Origin: a virus
Reading direction: 5' to 3' (one strand)
Virus record (IMG/VR): IMGVR_UViG_3300048856_000029
Coordinates: 88,846-115,723 of that record
Length of the DNA stretch: 26,878 bases
Shown: piece after piece, positions 1-8,166 of the stretch
Layout of the letters: each line of letters starts with the position of its first letter
How positions within the stretch are numbered: position 1 is the first letter of the stretch
Notes under the pieces: generated by a model
The model's input: only the letters and a program-made list of their open reading frames with translations
Told to the model about the DNA's origin: nothing
Databases searched by the model: none
Made by a program: the position numbers and the translations under genes

Positions 1-24
1 AGACTGCAAAGAGAAGGAGCAATC

Positions 25-243
25 ATGAAATACCAAGTTTCCATCACCATGAACATTGAAGCGGAAGGAGAGAAGGAGGCCGCACTTGAAGGCTACAGTC
101 AAATCCTGCGCGCCGGTATGGACGTCGAGACCGTAACTCTCCGAGTCACCGACAGCGCCGGTGTGACGAAGGATATTACACTCGACGTCGAGGAGGCCGA
201 TGACTACGCTGGCTTGAGGTTGCCGACCGGCTTCCTGGGATAA
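25..243 (+). CDS. hypothetical protein (72 aa)
   Basis: ATG preceded by AAGGAG RBS; plausible acidic small phage protein. Confidence 0.7.
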   Translation: MKYQVSITMNIEAEGEKEAALEGYSQILRAGMDVETVTLRVTDSAGVTKDITLDVEEADDYAGLRLPTGFLG

Positions 244-311
244 CCTTCCGATCTTGCACCCCAAGACCTCTGGCTCTATTGCACAACCGTAAGCAACAGC
301 CAGAGGCCTCT

Positions 312-623
312 ATGAAACCCTACCTCCCACTCCTCGCCGCGGGACTCGCGGCATCACCCGTGGCAGCCCAGGCAGCCGAGTTGCCGGACAACACACCGAC
401 CCGGCCTATCACGATCGCGCCGAAGAACTCGCCCATGGGCGACAAGCGCATCATCTTCTCCAAGCAGATCCTGTCGATGAAGGACTGCCGCGACGCCCTG
501 CCGGAAATGCTTAACGGGCTCACCAAGGAAGACGACGGCATCATCTACGCGTGCCTGCCTGCAGATCTCACGGTTCTCCAGGAGGGCGTGATCTACCCCA
601 TGGTCCAATATACCGCAAAATAG
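312..623 (+). CDS. putative exported protein with signal peptide
   Basis: ATG at 312 gives MKPYLPLLAAGLAASPVAAQA-A (basic, hydrophobic, AxA cleavage site); two Cys in mature part. Confidence 0.65.
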   Translation: MKPYLPLLAAGLAASPVAAQAAELPDNTPTRPITIAPKNSPMGDKRIIFSKQILSMKDCRDALPEMLNGLTKEDDGIIYACLPADLTVLQEGVIYPMVQYTAK

Positions 624-768
624 GCCAGCGCGCGCTAGACGAAGGACCATTCACCCAACGGGGAGCGCGTGAAGCAGGCGCTCCCCGCACGGGCAGCCAG
701 GCTGCGGCAGGCATGGACAAACCTGTGCCTTAGCGTTATCAATCCGAAGGGAACGGATGAGGAACGCC

Positions 769-1002
769 ATGACGATCCGACTGCCAAGACAGATCACGCC
801 CTACCCAGACCGAGACCTCGATTGCCAGCAGGCACTGGAAGAGACCTTCCGGCAGATTCTAGACCTCGCTGAGCGATCCGGATGGTCCAAAACCGAAGCC
901 GCGGAAGCTCTGCGGGAACTGTCCTTTGCCCACTTGGTTATGGAGGAGGAAAACATAAAAACAACCCTCGCAATTATCCAAGCAGGGCTCACCAAGCATT
1001 GA
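769..1002 (+). CDS. hypothetical protein
   Basis: GAGGA RBS before ATG 769; YPDRDLDCQQALE resembles small rhizobial hypothetical proteins (recalled). Confidence 0.6.
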   Translation: MTIRLPRQITPYPDRDLDCQQALEETFRQILDLAERSGWSKTEAAEALRELSFAHLVMEEENIKTTLAIIQAGLTKH

Positions 1003-1199
1003 AAGAATACAAGGTCTATATCGAAATCGCGGGCCAGAAGGTTCTGGATAGAAACCGGATCAAGGAGTCGGATCTCCTGACCGCTATCTCGGGCTGCTAT
1101 AGTGCAAAACCTCCGAAGATCGTGATTGCCCACGCCATTCTCCAGGGAGGCGCTTATATCGACCCTCCTTTCCGGATCAGTCTCACCAGGATCGACTGA
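999..1199 (+). CDS. hypothetical protein
   Basis: TTG start overlapping the upstream stop (TTGA); fills the gap before the ligase. Confidence 0.4.
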   Translation: MKEYKVYIEIAGQKVLDRNRIKESDLLTAISGCYSAKPPKIVIAHAILQGGAYIDPPFRISLTRID

Positions 1200-1229
1200 T
1201 ATTTAACCATTTGCTGATGCAATGGGTGG

Positions 1230-2264
1230 ATGGCGAAACCACCCAGGAAAACCCTCTCCATTGGTCTTAAGAAGGAGATCGAGGATGCGCTGCTCAAGAG
1301 CCGCGTCCTCTGGGAGAAGCCCGACTTCCAGCGCCCCCAGCTCTTGCTTGATCCTATGCCGGCTCGCGTGGAACCCTGCCTGGCAGAACTCACTGCCAAG
1401 CCACCCAAGGGCGACAAGTGGGGCTACGAGATCAAGTGGGACGGCTACCGCGCTCACGTTCACCGGGAGACGAGCGGCGTAAGGATCCTCACCAAGAATG
1501 GGCACGATTGGGCACACAAGTTCCCCGCCATCGCTGGAGCCGCGCTCGCACTCAGTCCGACTACCTATATCATGGACGGCGAAATCGTGGTGTTCGATGA
1601 CCAGGGCAGGTCCGACTTCAACCTTCTGATCAGTTCCTTGGGTGGTCGTGCAGGGACTAAGCCGGCAGCCGACGCCATTTTCGTCGCGTTCGACCTCTTC
1701 TACCAAAACGGCCACGACCTGCGTCGCATGGAATACTCATCGCGGCGCCGCATCCTCCAAGAGGGCCTGGAAGGCATCACCGGTGCCATCAGGCTCTCGG
1801 AAGAGTTCGATGCTGATCCCGACGTCCTTTTCAAACACGCTTGTGAGTTCGGGCTCGAAGGTATCATTGCTAAGGATAGAGAAGCACCGCACACGCCAGG
1901 CAGGACCGGCGTATGGCGCAAGATCAAGTGCATCCAGTCCGATACCTTCCGGATCATCGGATACGAACCATCGAGCACGCCAGGCACTCTGTCGAGCCTA
2001 CTGCTGGCGCAGGACGACAATGGCACACTGACCTACGTCGGATCGGTCGGCACGGGGTTTAAGGATCGCGATCGCCGTGGTCTCAAGAGCCAGCTCGACA
2101 AGCAGAAGATCGCCAAGCCAGAAATCCCGGTGAACACCGCTCGAAAGAACTTGGTCTTCGTTCAGCCAACCCTCTATGCCGAGATTGAATACCGCGGATG
2201 GACACAGGACAGGAAGCTACGCCACGCCTCGTTTAAGGGACTGCGTGATCCCGAGGACATGTAA
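1230..2264 (+). CDS. ATP-dependent DNA ligase, LigD ligase-domain type
   Basis: EIKWDGYR (motif I, KxDG), DGEIV, AFDL, EGIIAK, WRKIK, VGSVGTGF, LRHASFKGLR. Confidence 0.93.
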   Translation: MAKPPRKTLSIGLKKEIEDALLKSRVLWEKPDFQRPQLLLDPMPARVEPCLAELTAKPPKGDKWGYEIKWDGYRAHVHRETSGVRILTKNGHDWAHKFPAIAGAALALSPTTYIMDGEIVVFDDQGRSDFNLLISSLGGRAGTKPAADAIFVAFDLFYQNGHDLRRMEYSSRRRILQEGLEGITGAIRLSEEFDADPDVLFKHACEFGLEGIIAKDREAPHTPGRTGVWRKIKCIQSDTFRIIGYEPSSTPGTLSSLLLAQDDNGTLTYVGSVGTGFKDRDRRGLKSQLDKQKIAKPEIPVNTARKNLVFVQPTLYAEIEYRGWTQDRKLRHASFKGLRDPEDM

Positions 2265-2325
2265 ATCTGGACTCTCCCATCGGTCTGCGCTAGAACAAAA
2301 CAGGAACATGGTGGGAGTAAGATTT

Positions 2326-2556
2326 ATGAGCACTGAAATCACAATCGGCGATACAGTCAGAGTCCGAGGCGTCCGCTCACCAAAGATGATCGTTCTGGAC
2401 CAAACCTTCACGGATGATGACACGGTCTACAACTGTCTTTGGTTCGACATGGACCAGTGCGCCCGAACCCTATCGCTCAAAGCCGCTTTCGTCGAGTTAG
2501 CCACACCAGACACCTCTACCTTCGGTTCGATCCCGGTGTATGGCGTCGCGAGTTGA
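2326..2556 (+). CDS. YodC/DUF2158-like small protein
   Basis: IGDTVRV..SPKMIV...NCLWFD matches the recalled family pattern; GGGAG RBS. Confidence 0.65.
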   Translation: MSTEITIGDTVRVRGVRSPKMIVLDQTFTDDDTVYNCLWFDMDQCARTLSLKAAFVELATPDTSTFGSIPVYGVAS

Positions 2557-2559
2557 CCG

Positions 2560-2814
2560 ATGGCAAACAAACAGCAGGTTGTCGACCTTCATCGCCAAAA
2601 CCCGGCTCTCACGTCGGGCCAAATAGCGAAGCTCCTTAATTGCGGGCCCGGCTACGTCGTGTCCACGTTTAAGCGAGAGGGGCTCACGCTGCCGAACGCC
2701 GCGAAGTTTCAAGGGCCTCGCCAGCAAGAGCGCGAAGCTTGTGCTCGTCTGGCCGAGGATCTAGGATCGCCTGAGATCGCAGCCGCGATAAGAGCTCGCG
2801 CCGATTTCAAATGA
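2560..2814 (+). CDS. small HTH-containing protein
   Basis: LTSGQIAKLLNCGPGYV is HTH-like; C-terminal EREACARLAE..IAAAIRAR is a common phage motif. Confidence 0.65.
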   Translation: MANKQQVVDLHRQNPALTSGQIAKLLNCGPGYVVSTFKREGLTLPNAAKFQGPRQQEREACARLAEDLGSPEIAAAIRARADFK

Positions 2815-2830
2815 GCTTTCGGAGAAGCCA

Positions 2831-3073
2831 ATGACCACGCCCAATGAACTTTACAAATATTTGGCGAAATCAATGATCCGAAATGGAATCCTAAAGGGCG
2901 AGAACGAGGTCGCCCAGAGCAGCAACGGCGACATGTTTATCCGGGTCAACAACCAGGTCTTCAAGCTCCACCTCGAGGAGATCCAGGCTATCAGCCAACA
3001 TTCCGAAGCCGAGAAGGTCGCCAAAGAGTTCATGCAGACCCAACCGTATCCTTATACCGAAGCCGACGCGTGA
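2831..3073 (+). CDS. hypothetical protein
   Basis: GGAGA RBS; in operon with neighbours. Confidence 0.65.
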   Translation: MTTPNELYKYLAKSMIRNGILKGENEVAQSSNGDMFIRVNNQVFKLHLEEIQAISQHSEAEKVAKEFMQTQPYPYTEADA

Positions 3074-3312
3074 CCCAGGAAGAACGAGAGGCAGCAGTTG
3101 CCAAGCTCGAGGATCGGCTCGCCGGACTCTTTGCACGTCTTAAGGTTTTCACCGAAGCCGAGCAGCGCAATGGCTACGCAACCAAAGAGAGCGTCGCTCT
3201 ACAAGCCTACTACCGCGAGCAGATCTACGCCACCGACGTCGAAATCGACGCACTCGCCTGTCCAGTGATCTACACCCCGGGAACCGACGGCGACCTCCCG
3301 ACGGACATCTAA
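3070..3312 (+). CDS. hypothetical protein
   Basis: GTGA start/stop overlap with the upstream ORF. Confidence 0.6.
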   Translation: MTQEEREAAVAKLEDRLAGLFARLKVFTEAEQRNGYATKESVALQAYYREQIYATDVEIDALACPVIYTPGTDGDLPTDI

Positions 3313-3470
3313 GCCCACCCCGGCACCAAGTCCGGCCGGCTTACAGCGACAAAGATCAGGAAGGGTGACAACCGGCAGACGATCACGAGCAGGGCAAGGA
3401 TCGACACGCTGAAGCGGCCATGGGCCTCTCCACTGATCTTGCGACTACTGAACTTCAGGTGATTCTTCAT
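3309..3470 (-). CDS. small membrane protein
   Basis: GGAG RBS before ATG at 3470; hydrophobic stretch FSVSILALLVIVCRLSPFLIFVAV. Confidence 0.5.
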   Translation of the reverse strand: MKNHLKFSSRKISGEAHGRFSVSILALLVIVCRLSPFLIFVAVSRPDLVPGWA

Positions 3471-3830
3471 TCGTGGCTCCAGGCGAGAGATTCGCTGGCA
3501 CCACACTGGCTATAAGCCTACCCTCCGGGCCGGGCGTCAATGAAGAAAACGGTGCTACTCACGGAGTCGTTTCCAACTCGCCCTTTTTGAACGAGATAGG
3601 GGATAACTTTCCCTCATTAGCTGCACAAGCCGAGACCGCAACCAACCCGCACCAAGCCCCAGGACCGGTCCAAGCTTGCCCAGGCACCCTGAGTCGTCAA
3701 GATAGCCTTGCCGGTTCTTGACAACCTTCCTTGCCTCGGCTGTTCACGCACCATCTCCAGATGATGAGTCCTTAACCAGTTCTTTCCCAAAAGTTTACAC
3801 CCAAGCCACTCTCCCAGATTTTCACCCTCC

Positions 3831-4022
3831 GTAAAGAACGAAATCGCTAATTAACGCAATCGCTAAAACTATCGTAAAAGCGCACAGAACAGCTCCAGCG
3901 ACAAAAGCGATCACAGAGACAGCAAACACTCAGGAAACGCATCACAGCAAAACGTCGCAAGAAACAACAAGCGCTCCAGCGTCATCTCACGAAACGCAAG
4001 CACAGCAGCGCTTGATAGATAT
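3831..4022. other. A-rich, GG/CC-depleted non-coding patch starting with a TCGCTAA array
   Basis: Only 3 GG/CC in about 190 bp; strong A/C strand skew; no ORF. Confidence 0.7.
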
Positions 4023-4610
4023 CCCGAGCACTGACCCATAAAGAGCACCAAAGCTCACCCCGGCTCATCGACCACCGGAGAGCTAGACAGACACCTACAG
4101 GCTCAAGAGAGCACCAACAGCTATAGAAGCATGTGTAGACCATAGAGAGGGAAGAGAGCTGTCGATAGGTCTGATAGACGCGAGAGACTGTAGAGGTAGT
4201 GAGGGTTCCGCGCCATCATCCTCCCCTCTCCCACACCAGCACCCCGAGCTACCCACCCCGAGACGGCAAATTTCGACTGCCGGCCTTTTCCCGCTTCTAA
4301 CCCAAGATCGGGTCACTTAGCGTCTACAAGGTCTCGATGATGAGACACAGCGTTAAGGTCGATAGGAGTTTGACATGCCCTCAGACCGAAATGACTTAGA
4401 GGCGGTTCGCTCGACGGGGCGTATCGCCTCTCTTTTTGGCTAAACGGATAAACCAGGAACCAGGCGCGTCCGCTCCCTAGACCGGGGAATGTGGGTGATC
4501 CATCGAGGTGACACCCGTGCCGGAGATCCTTCATCCTCGCCGGACCATGGACGATCCATGGATAAGCCGCGGACCCTCCATGGCGAGCCGGAACCTTGTC
4601 GATCCGAGGA

Positions 4611-4694
4611 CACAATCCGGTCCGTGCTCAGTCAATTATTACTTATTCCTAAGAGTATTATATATATATATGACTGACGACGGCAAAAATTGTG
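4611..4694. repeat. ~85-bp imperfect palindromic element, copy A (inverted homolog at 18096-18183)
   Basis: CACAATCCGGTCC..TCAGTCAATTATTACTTATT..(TA)n..TGACTGACGACGG..ATTGTG; aligns with the reverse complement of 18096-18183. Confidence 0.8.
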
Positions 4695-4902
4695 ACAGGA
4701 TTGTGGCACGCTCCGGCACGTAAGAGTCCTTGACTTCCCTGTCATCTCTCCTCGGCTTGTCCATGGCGCCCGCCAGCGGCTCCCTGGCACGCAATCGTGC
4801 CAGCCCTGCGCCATTTTCTATCCTGAAATCAAAGCGTTAGTGTCTAAACATCGAAAGCGAAACGACGCTTTCGACAGTCAACAACGCTCACAGGAGAGAC
4901 AC

Positions 4903-5589
4903 ATGACCAAGTCCAAGAACGTCCAGGCACCCGCAGGCCAAGGCAAGCTCGAAGAATACGCCTTCAAGACCGCTGCCGGCCGCTACACCACCCAGCAGGT
5001 GATGGAATACGCGGCCAAGGTGAAGGCAGCCTTCGACGACCGCATCAAGTTCGAAATCACCTCCTCACCGTCCGGCTCGGCGAACCTGCCGATCGTGGAG
5101 AAGCTCAACAAGCGCCTCGAGACGATCAGCCTGCCCGACGTCACCCGTGGCCTGATGGAGCTCGGCGCCGACCCCAACTTCATCAACCACACAATGAGCA
5201 AGGATGGGAACGGCGCACGCTTCAACATCTACGCCATCGACAAGGCGATCAAGCTGGTGAAGTTCCTGATGTCGACCGACAAGGTGCCGGCTGTTCTCTT
5301 CGCCTGCCTCAAGTCGATGATCAACTTCAAGGCGGCCGGCGAGACGTTCACCAGGGAATTCGCTGAAGCCGCCGTCTGCGACAAGATCCGCCTTGAGCCC
5401 TCTGCCGGCGCCAAGCTGCTCATGCGCCACACCGTCGACAAGTCGACCGCCTCGACGCAGACCAGCTCCAATATGCGCGTGCTGGCAAGCCTGGGGCTCA
5501 TCAAGGTCAACGGCTCTGCTCGGGCCGCTTCCTACGAGTTTGCAGATACGGACCAGGCGAAGTATCTGCAGAAGCTCGTCGCTGCCTAG
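4903..5589 (+). CDS. 228-aa protein, paralog of 7091-7660; possible C-terminal winged helix
   Basis: AGGAG RBS and ATG at 4903; phage-typical codon usage; NMRVLASLGLIKV..SYEF resembles a wHTH helix plus wing. Confidence 0.85.
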   Translation: MTKSKNVQAPAGQGKLEEYAFKTAAGRYTTQQVMEYAAKVKAAFDDRIKFEITSSPSGSANLPIVEKLNKRLETISLPDVTRGLMELGADPNFINHTMSKDGNGARFNIYAIDKAIKLVKFLMSTDKVPAVLFACLKSMINFKAAGETFTREFAEAAVCDKIRLEPSAGAKLLMRHTVDKSTASTQTSSNMRVLASLGLIKVNGSARAASYEFADTDQAKYLQKLVAA

Positions 5590-5616
5590 TCTCGCCGGAT
5601 AAGCAGCGACCTGGTG

Positions 5617-5652
5617 GAAGGGGAGAGGACGTGTGGAGCCTCTCCCCTTCTT
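5617..5652 (+). terminator. hairpin, probable terminator
   Basis: GAAGGGGAGAGG-N10-CCTCTCCCCTTC-TT just after the stop codon. Confidence 0.6.
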
Positions 5653-5905
5653 GCCCTGCCTGACCGATCCATGGCTTCACCATAAACCGGTGGGGTCCAT
5701 GGGACCGGTGGCCGGGGAACCAAGCGTGAGCACGCCATGGGTCGGGGAAGGCTTGGGTGTCGGTCCAGCCATGGACAGGCCAAGGTGTCGCCGCGTCCAG
5801 GCCGTGGCCTCCCTGCCCCACTCGGCGCCAGCATCTCACCTCCCGCAATCCTTCTGGGCAATTGCGATGATTAGTCATCGACAAGCGAACGAGAGGATTT
5901 CTCAA

Positions 5906-6196
5906 ATGGACGTCCACTTCAACACCGGCCGACTCTACACCGCTGCAGGCCAAGTCATTCGTGCCGTCTGGGACAAAGAGAACGAGGTGATCCACTTCGC
6001 CGACTTCTCTCGTGCGTGCAATGGCTCGATCGACGCGCCCGAGTGGATGATCAACTTCACCACGCCGGGCGGGCTCGCCAGGTTCGTGATGGAGCACTAC
6101 GACCGGCACGCCTACAAGAGCACCCCGCAGTCCTGGGAGCTCCTTATGGTGAAGGGCCGGGATAGCCAGGCCCAGGTTCATCACTTCGGCATGTGA
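5906..6196 (+). CDS. hypothetical early phage protein (96 aa)
   Basis: GAGAGGA RBS and ATG 5906 (MDVHFNTGRLYTAAGQVI); the upstream extension in the ORF track looks non-coding. Confidence 0.75.
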   Translation: MDVHFNTGRLYTAAGQVIRAVWDKENEVIHFADFSRACNGSIDAPEWMINFTTPGGLARFVMEHYDRHAYKSTPQSWELLMVKGRDSQAQVHHFGM

Positions 6197-6279
6197 GCGG
6201 CGACAAGCGACTACCAGTTTCGCTAATTCGCTATTTCGCTATTATGCTATTGTCAGCAACGAGACGAAGAGGTTCTCAC

Positions 6280-6468
6280 ATGACCATGATCCCTGCCCCC
6301 AAGCGCGTCATCCGCCTCGAGCCCATGGCGCCCATGCGTCCACTCGCCGGCCTGAAAGAGCCGTTGATCCAGACCACCAAGGACAGCTTCGCGTTCATCG
6401 CCTTCATATCGTTCGTGGCCCTGGTTGCTGCGATCGCCAGCATGGTCTCGTTCCAACCACCCGTCTGA
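6280..6468 (+). CDS. small single-pass membrane protein
   Basis: GAGG RBS and ATG 6280; C-terminal TM segment FAFIAFISFVALVAAIASMV. Confidence 0.7.
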   Translation: MTMIPAPKRVIRLEPMAPMRPLAGLKEPLIQTTKDSFAFIAFISFVALVAAIASMVSFQPPV

Positions 6469-6493
6469 GAGGAGGTGATCCATATCTCGCGTT

Positions 6494-6522
6494 AGCCGGC
6501 CCAGAGCCGGCTTTCGTCGTTT
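6494..6522 (+). terminator. probable intrinsic terminator
   Basis: AGCCGGC-CCAGA-GCCGGCT followed by TTCGTCGTTT. Confidence 0.5.
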
Positions 6523-6762
6523 CAGGGGTAGCCATGACTGAGGTAGCGGGGTTTTCAGGAACCGGTGGGCTCTGGGAGCCGGGGAATGGCACTGCGTCCA
6601 TTCCCCTTTGTAGCCGTGGGTGTGTGATCCGCATCCGAGGATGCGCCTCGGCTGGAACGACTCTAGGCCCATCCATGGTCAGTGGCCACCCTAAAATCCA
6701 GGAACCAACCACTTTCGCCCCTGGTGTCGCCATCCCTCGCCGGCTCCCGATCCAGCTCCACA

Positions 6763-6796
6763 GTCGCTGCGGCTCGTCGCTGCGGCTCGTCGATGC
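6763..6796. repeat. 13-bp tandem repeat, about 2.6 copies
   Basis: GTCGCTGCGGCTC GTCGCTGCGGCTC GTCGATGC at the left edge of the GG/CC-free zone. Confidence 0.8.
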
Positions 6797-6800
6797 ACGC

Positions 6801-6824
6801 AAAAGAGCGCGCTTTCGCGCGCTC
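6801..6824 (-). terminator. intrinsic terminator of the GG/CC-free operon
   Basis: Minus strand GAGCGCGC-GAAA-GCGCGCTC-TTTT (GNRA loop); stem built without GG/CC. Confidence 0.75.
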
Positions 6825-6843
6825 CTCTGTCTAAGTTGTATCG

Positions 6844-7020
6844 CTATTCTGCGTGTCGTTCGTCGCGCTTGTAGCTCACTAGAGACGCGATATCGACGCT
6901 ATCGAAATCGTCGTCTAGCAATTCGACGTCAACGCGCAATGCGTTGATGTTATTCATTAGCTGTTGCTCACGAAAGCGCTCGCGCTCGCGACGTTCTTTC
7001 TTGCTCAAGTGAATGCGCAT
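6844..7020 (-). CDS. 58-aa protein with basic N-half and acidic C-half; lacks Gly/Pro/Trp
   Basis: ATG at 7020 with TAAGAGA RBS; lies between the 189-aa gene and the terminator. Confidence 0.6.
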   Translation of the reverse strand: MRIHLSKKERRERERFREQQLMNNINALRVDVELLDDDFDSVDIASLVSYKRDERHAE

Positions 7021-7049
7021 GTTCAAATCTCTTATTCGACGTTGAGAGA

Positions 7050-7074
7050 GACTAGCGCGACGAGCGCGCTAGTC
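7050..7074. other. perfect 10-bp-stem hairpin between the two GG/CC-free genes
   Basis: GACTAGCGCG-ACGAG-CGCGCTAGTC. Confidence 0.75.
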
Positions 7075-7090
7075 ATTCAATTTTGACTTA

Positions 7091-7660
7091 TCACGCAAAG
7101 CGCGCAACGATCGCTTGAACAATCTCGTTATCGTTGATTGCGTAAGTATCGCGCGACAACTGAGAGACGACGTTGATAGCAGCGAGCGCGCGCATGTTCA
7201 TCGTTGCATGACGCTTTGCAGACGAATAAGCAGTCTTGCGACGATAATAGAGATGAACGCGCTCTTTCGCGACTTTCAAGTCTTTGTTGAGCGCAATCTC
7301 GAAATCAGAAAGACGAATGTTCTTTTCATCGTTCTTCTTGAAGTTCGCGAGCGTGCGAATGCACTCTTCGACACATGACTTAAGATCTTCGATCTTCTTT
7401 TGATCGATCACGAATGAGAGCACGTCAGCGACGTTTTCGAGCGCTTTCATGTCGAACTTGTCGTCTGCTTGTTTCTTGTCATGCGCAAAGTCTGCGACGA
7501 CTTCGCAGCGTTCAAGCAGATCAGCGACTTTCTGTTGAGAAACGACCAGAGTGCACTTCTTGATGAAGTTCAGCGAAGCGCTCGACTTGTCGTTCTTCAG
7601 TTCTTCATCGTAGCGAGCAGACAGCGATGCAGCATACTTGTTGAGCGTTACGTTCGTCAT
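7091..7660 (-). CDS. 189-aa protein without Gly/Pro/Trp; paralog of 4903-5589
   Basis: Long ORF with AAAGAGAG RBS; colinear motifs shared with 4903-5589 (YAA, SASL/SANL, NFK, NMRxLA). Confidence 0.85.
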   Translation of the reverse strand: MTNVTLNKYAASLSARYDEELKNDKSSASLNFIKKCTLVVSQQKVADLLERCEVVADFAHDKKQADDKFDMKALENVADVLSFVIDQKKIEDLKSCVEECIRTLANFKKNDEKNIRLSDFEIALNKDLKVAKERVHLYYRRKTAYSSAKRHATMNMRALAAINVVSQLSRDTYAINDNEIVQAIVARFA

Positions 7661-7721
7661 GTTAGTCTCTCTTTCTCTCTTTGTTGTGAAGCGTTGTTGC
7701 TTCGTCGTGTTGACAATGATG

Positions 7722-7749
7722 AATATACAGATTGATTTGATAGTTGCAA
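7722..7749 (-). promoter_or_regulatory. putative sigma70-like promoter of the GG/CC-free operon
   Basis: Minus strand TTGCAA-N16-TATATT about 60 bp upstream of ATG 7660; TCGCTAA array immediately upstream. Confidence 0.55.
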
Positions 7750-8148
7750 TAGCTATTTCGCTAAATCGCTAACTTTTTTATGGAGATCGGGATTCGCTTA
7801 TAGAACGTCACAGACGCGCATAGACGCTTGAGCAGTGTCTCACAGCGCAGAGTGCTCGGGATCGACTGTGTGACGCGCTGTGTGTCGAAGCGCGCGCAAT
7901 CGAACGTGCAAGCGACAGTGTGAAGCGAGATAGTTGCGATGAAAGCGAAGTCTTAGAAAAATCGTGGGTAGCTGAAGGGGATGCCTTCTGGCGCCGGAGC
8001 ACTTCCGGAATGGGACTACCTCTCCTAGCGCCCTATCAGGACGGACAGCTCTCTACACGCCGGTCGGTAAAGATCGGTCAAGCTCTCCTCTGCCCCCCCG
8101 CAGCCCGGTATCCTGGCGCCCTGACTACCTATCCTGCGCCTCAGCTAA

Positions 8149-8166
8149 TCATTCAGTATTGACTTA
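8149..8166. promoter_or_regulatory. 18-bp palindromic operator
   Basis: TCATTCAGTATTGACTTA; consensus T(C/A)AGT(C/A)A-N4-T(G/T)ACT(G/T)A. Confidence 0.7.

Noticed and set aside
5507-6184. 225-aa minus ORF and the N-terminal extension of 5633-6196
   Set aside because: Runs through the CCATGG-rich spacer and reads as Pro/Gly/Trp-rich noise; a better start with RBS exists at 5906
6790-7965. Explaining the GG/CC-free zone as a horizontally acquired low-GC island or homopolymer sequencing error
   Set aside because: CG/GC are abundant, AA/TT runs are intact, ORFs are open, and the zone carries the phage's own operator, a TCGCTAA array and a paralog of a neighbouring gene
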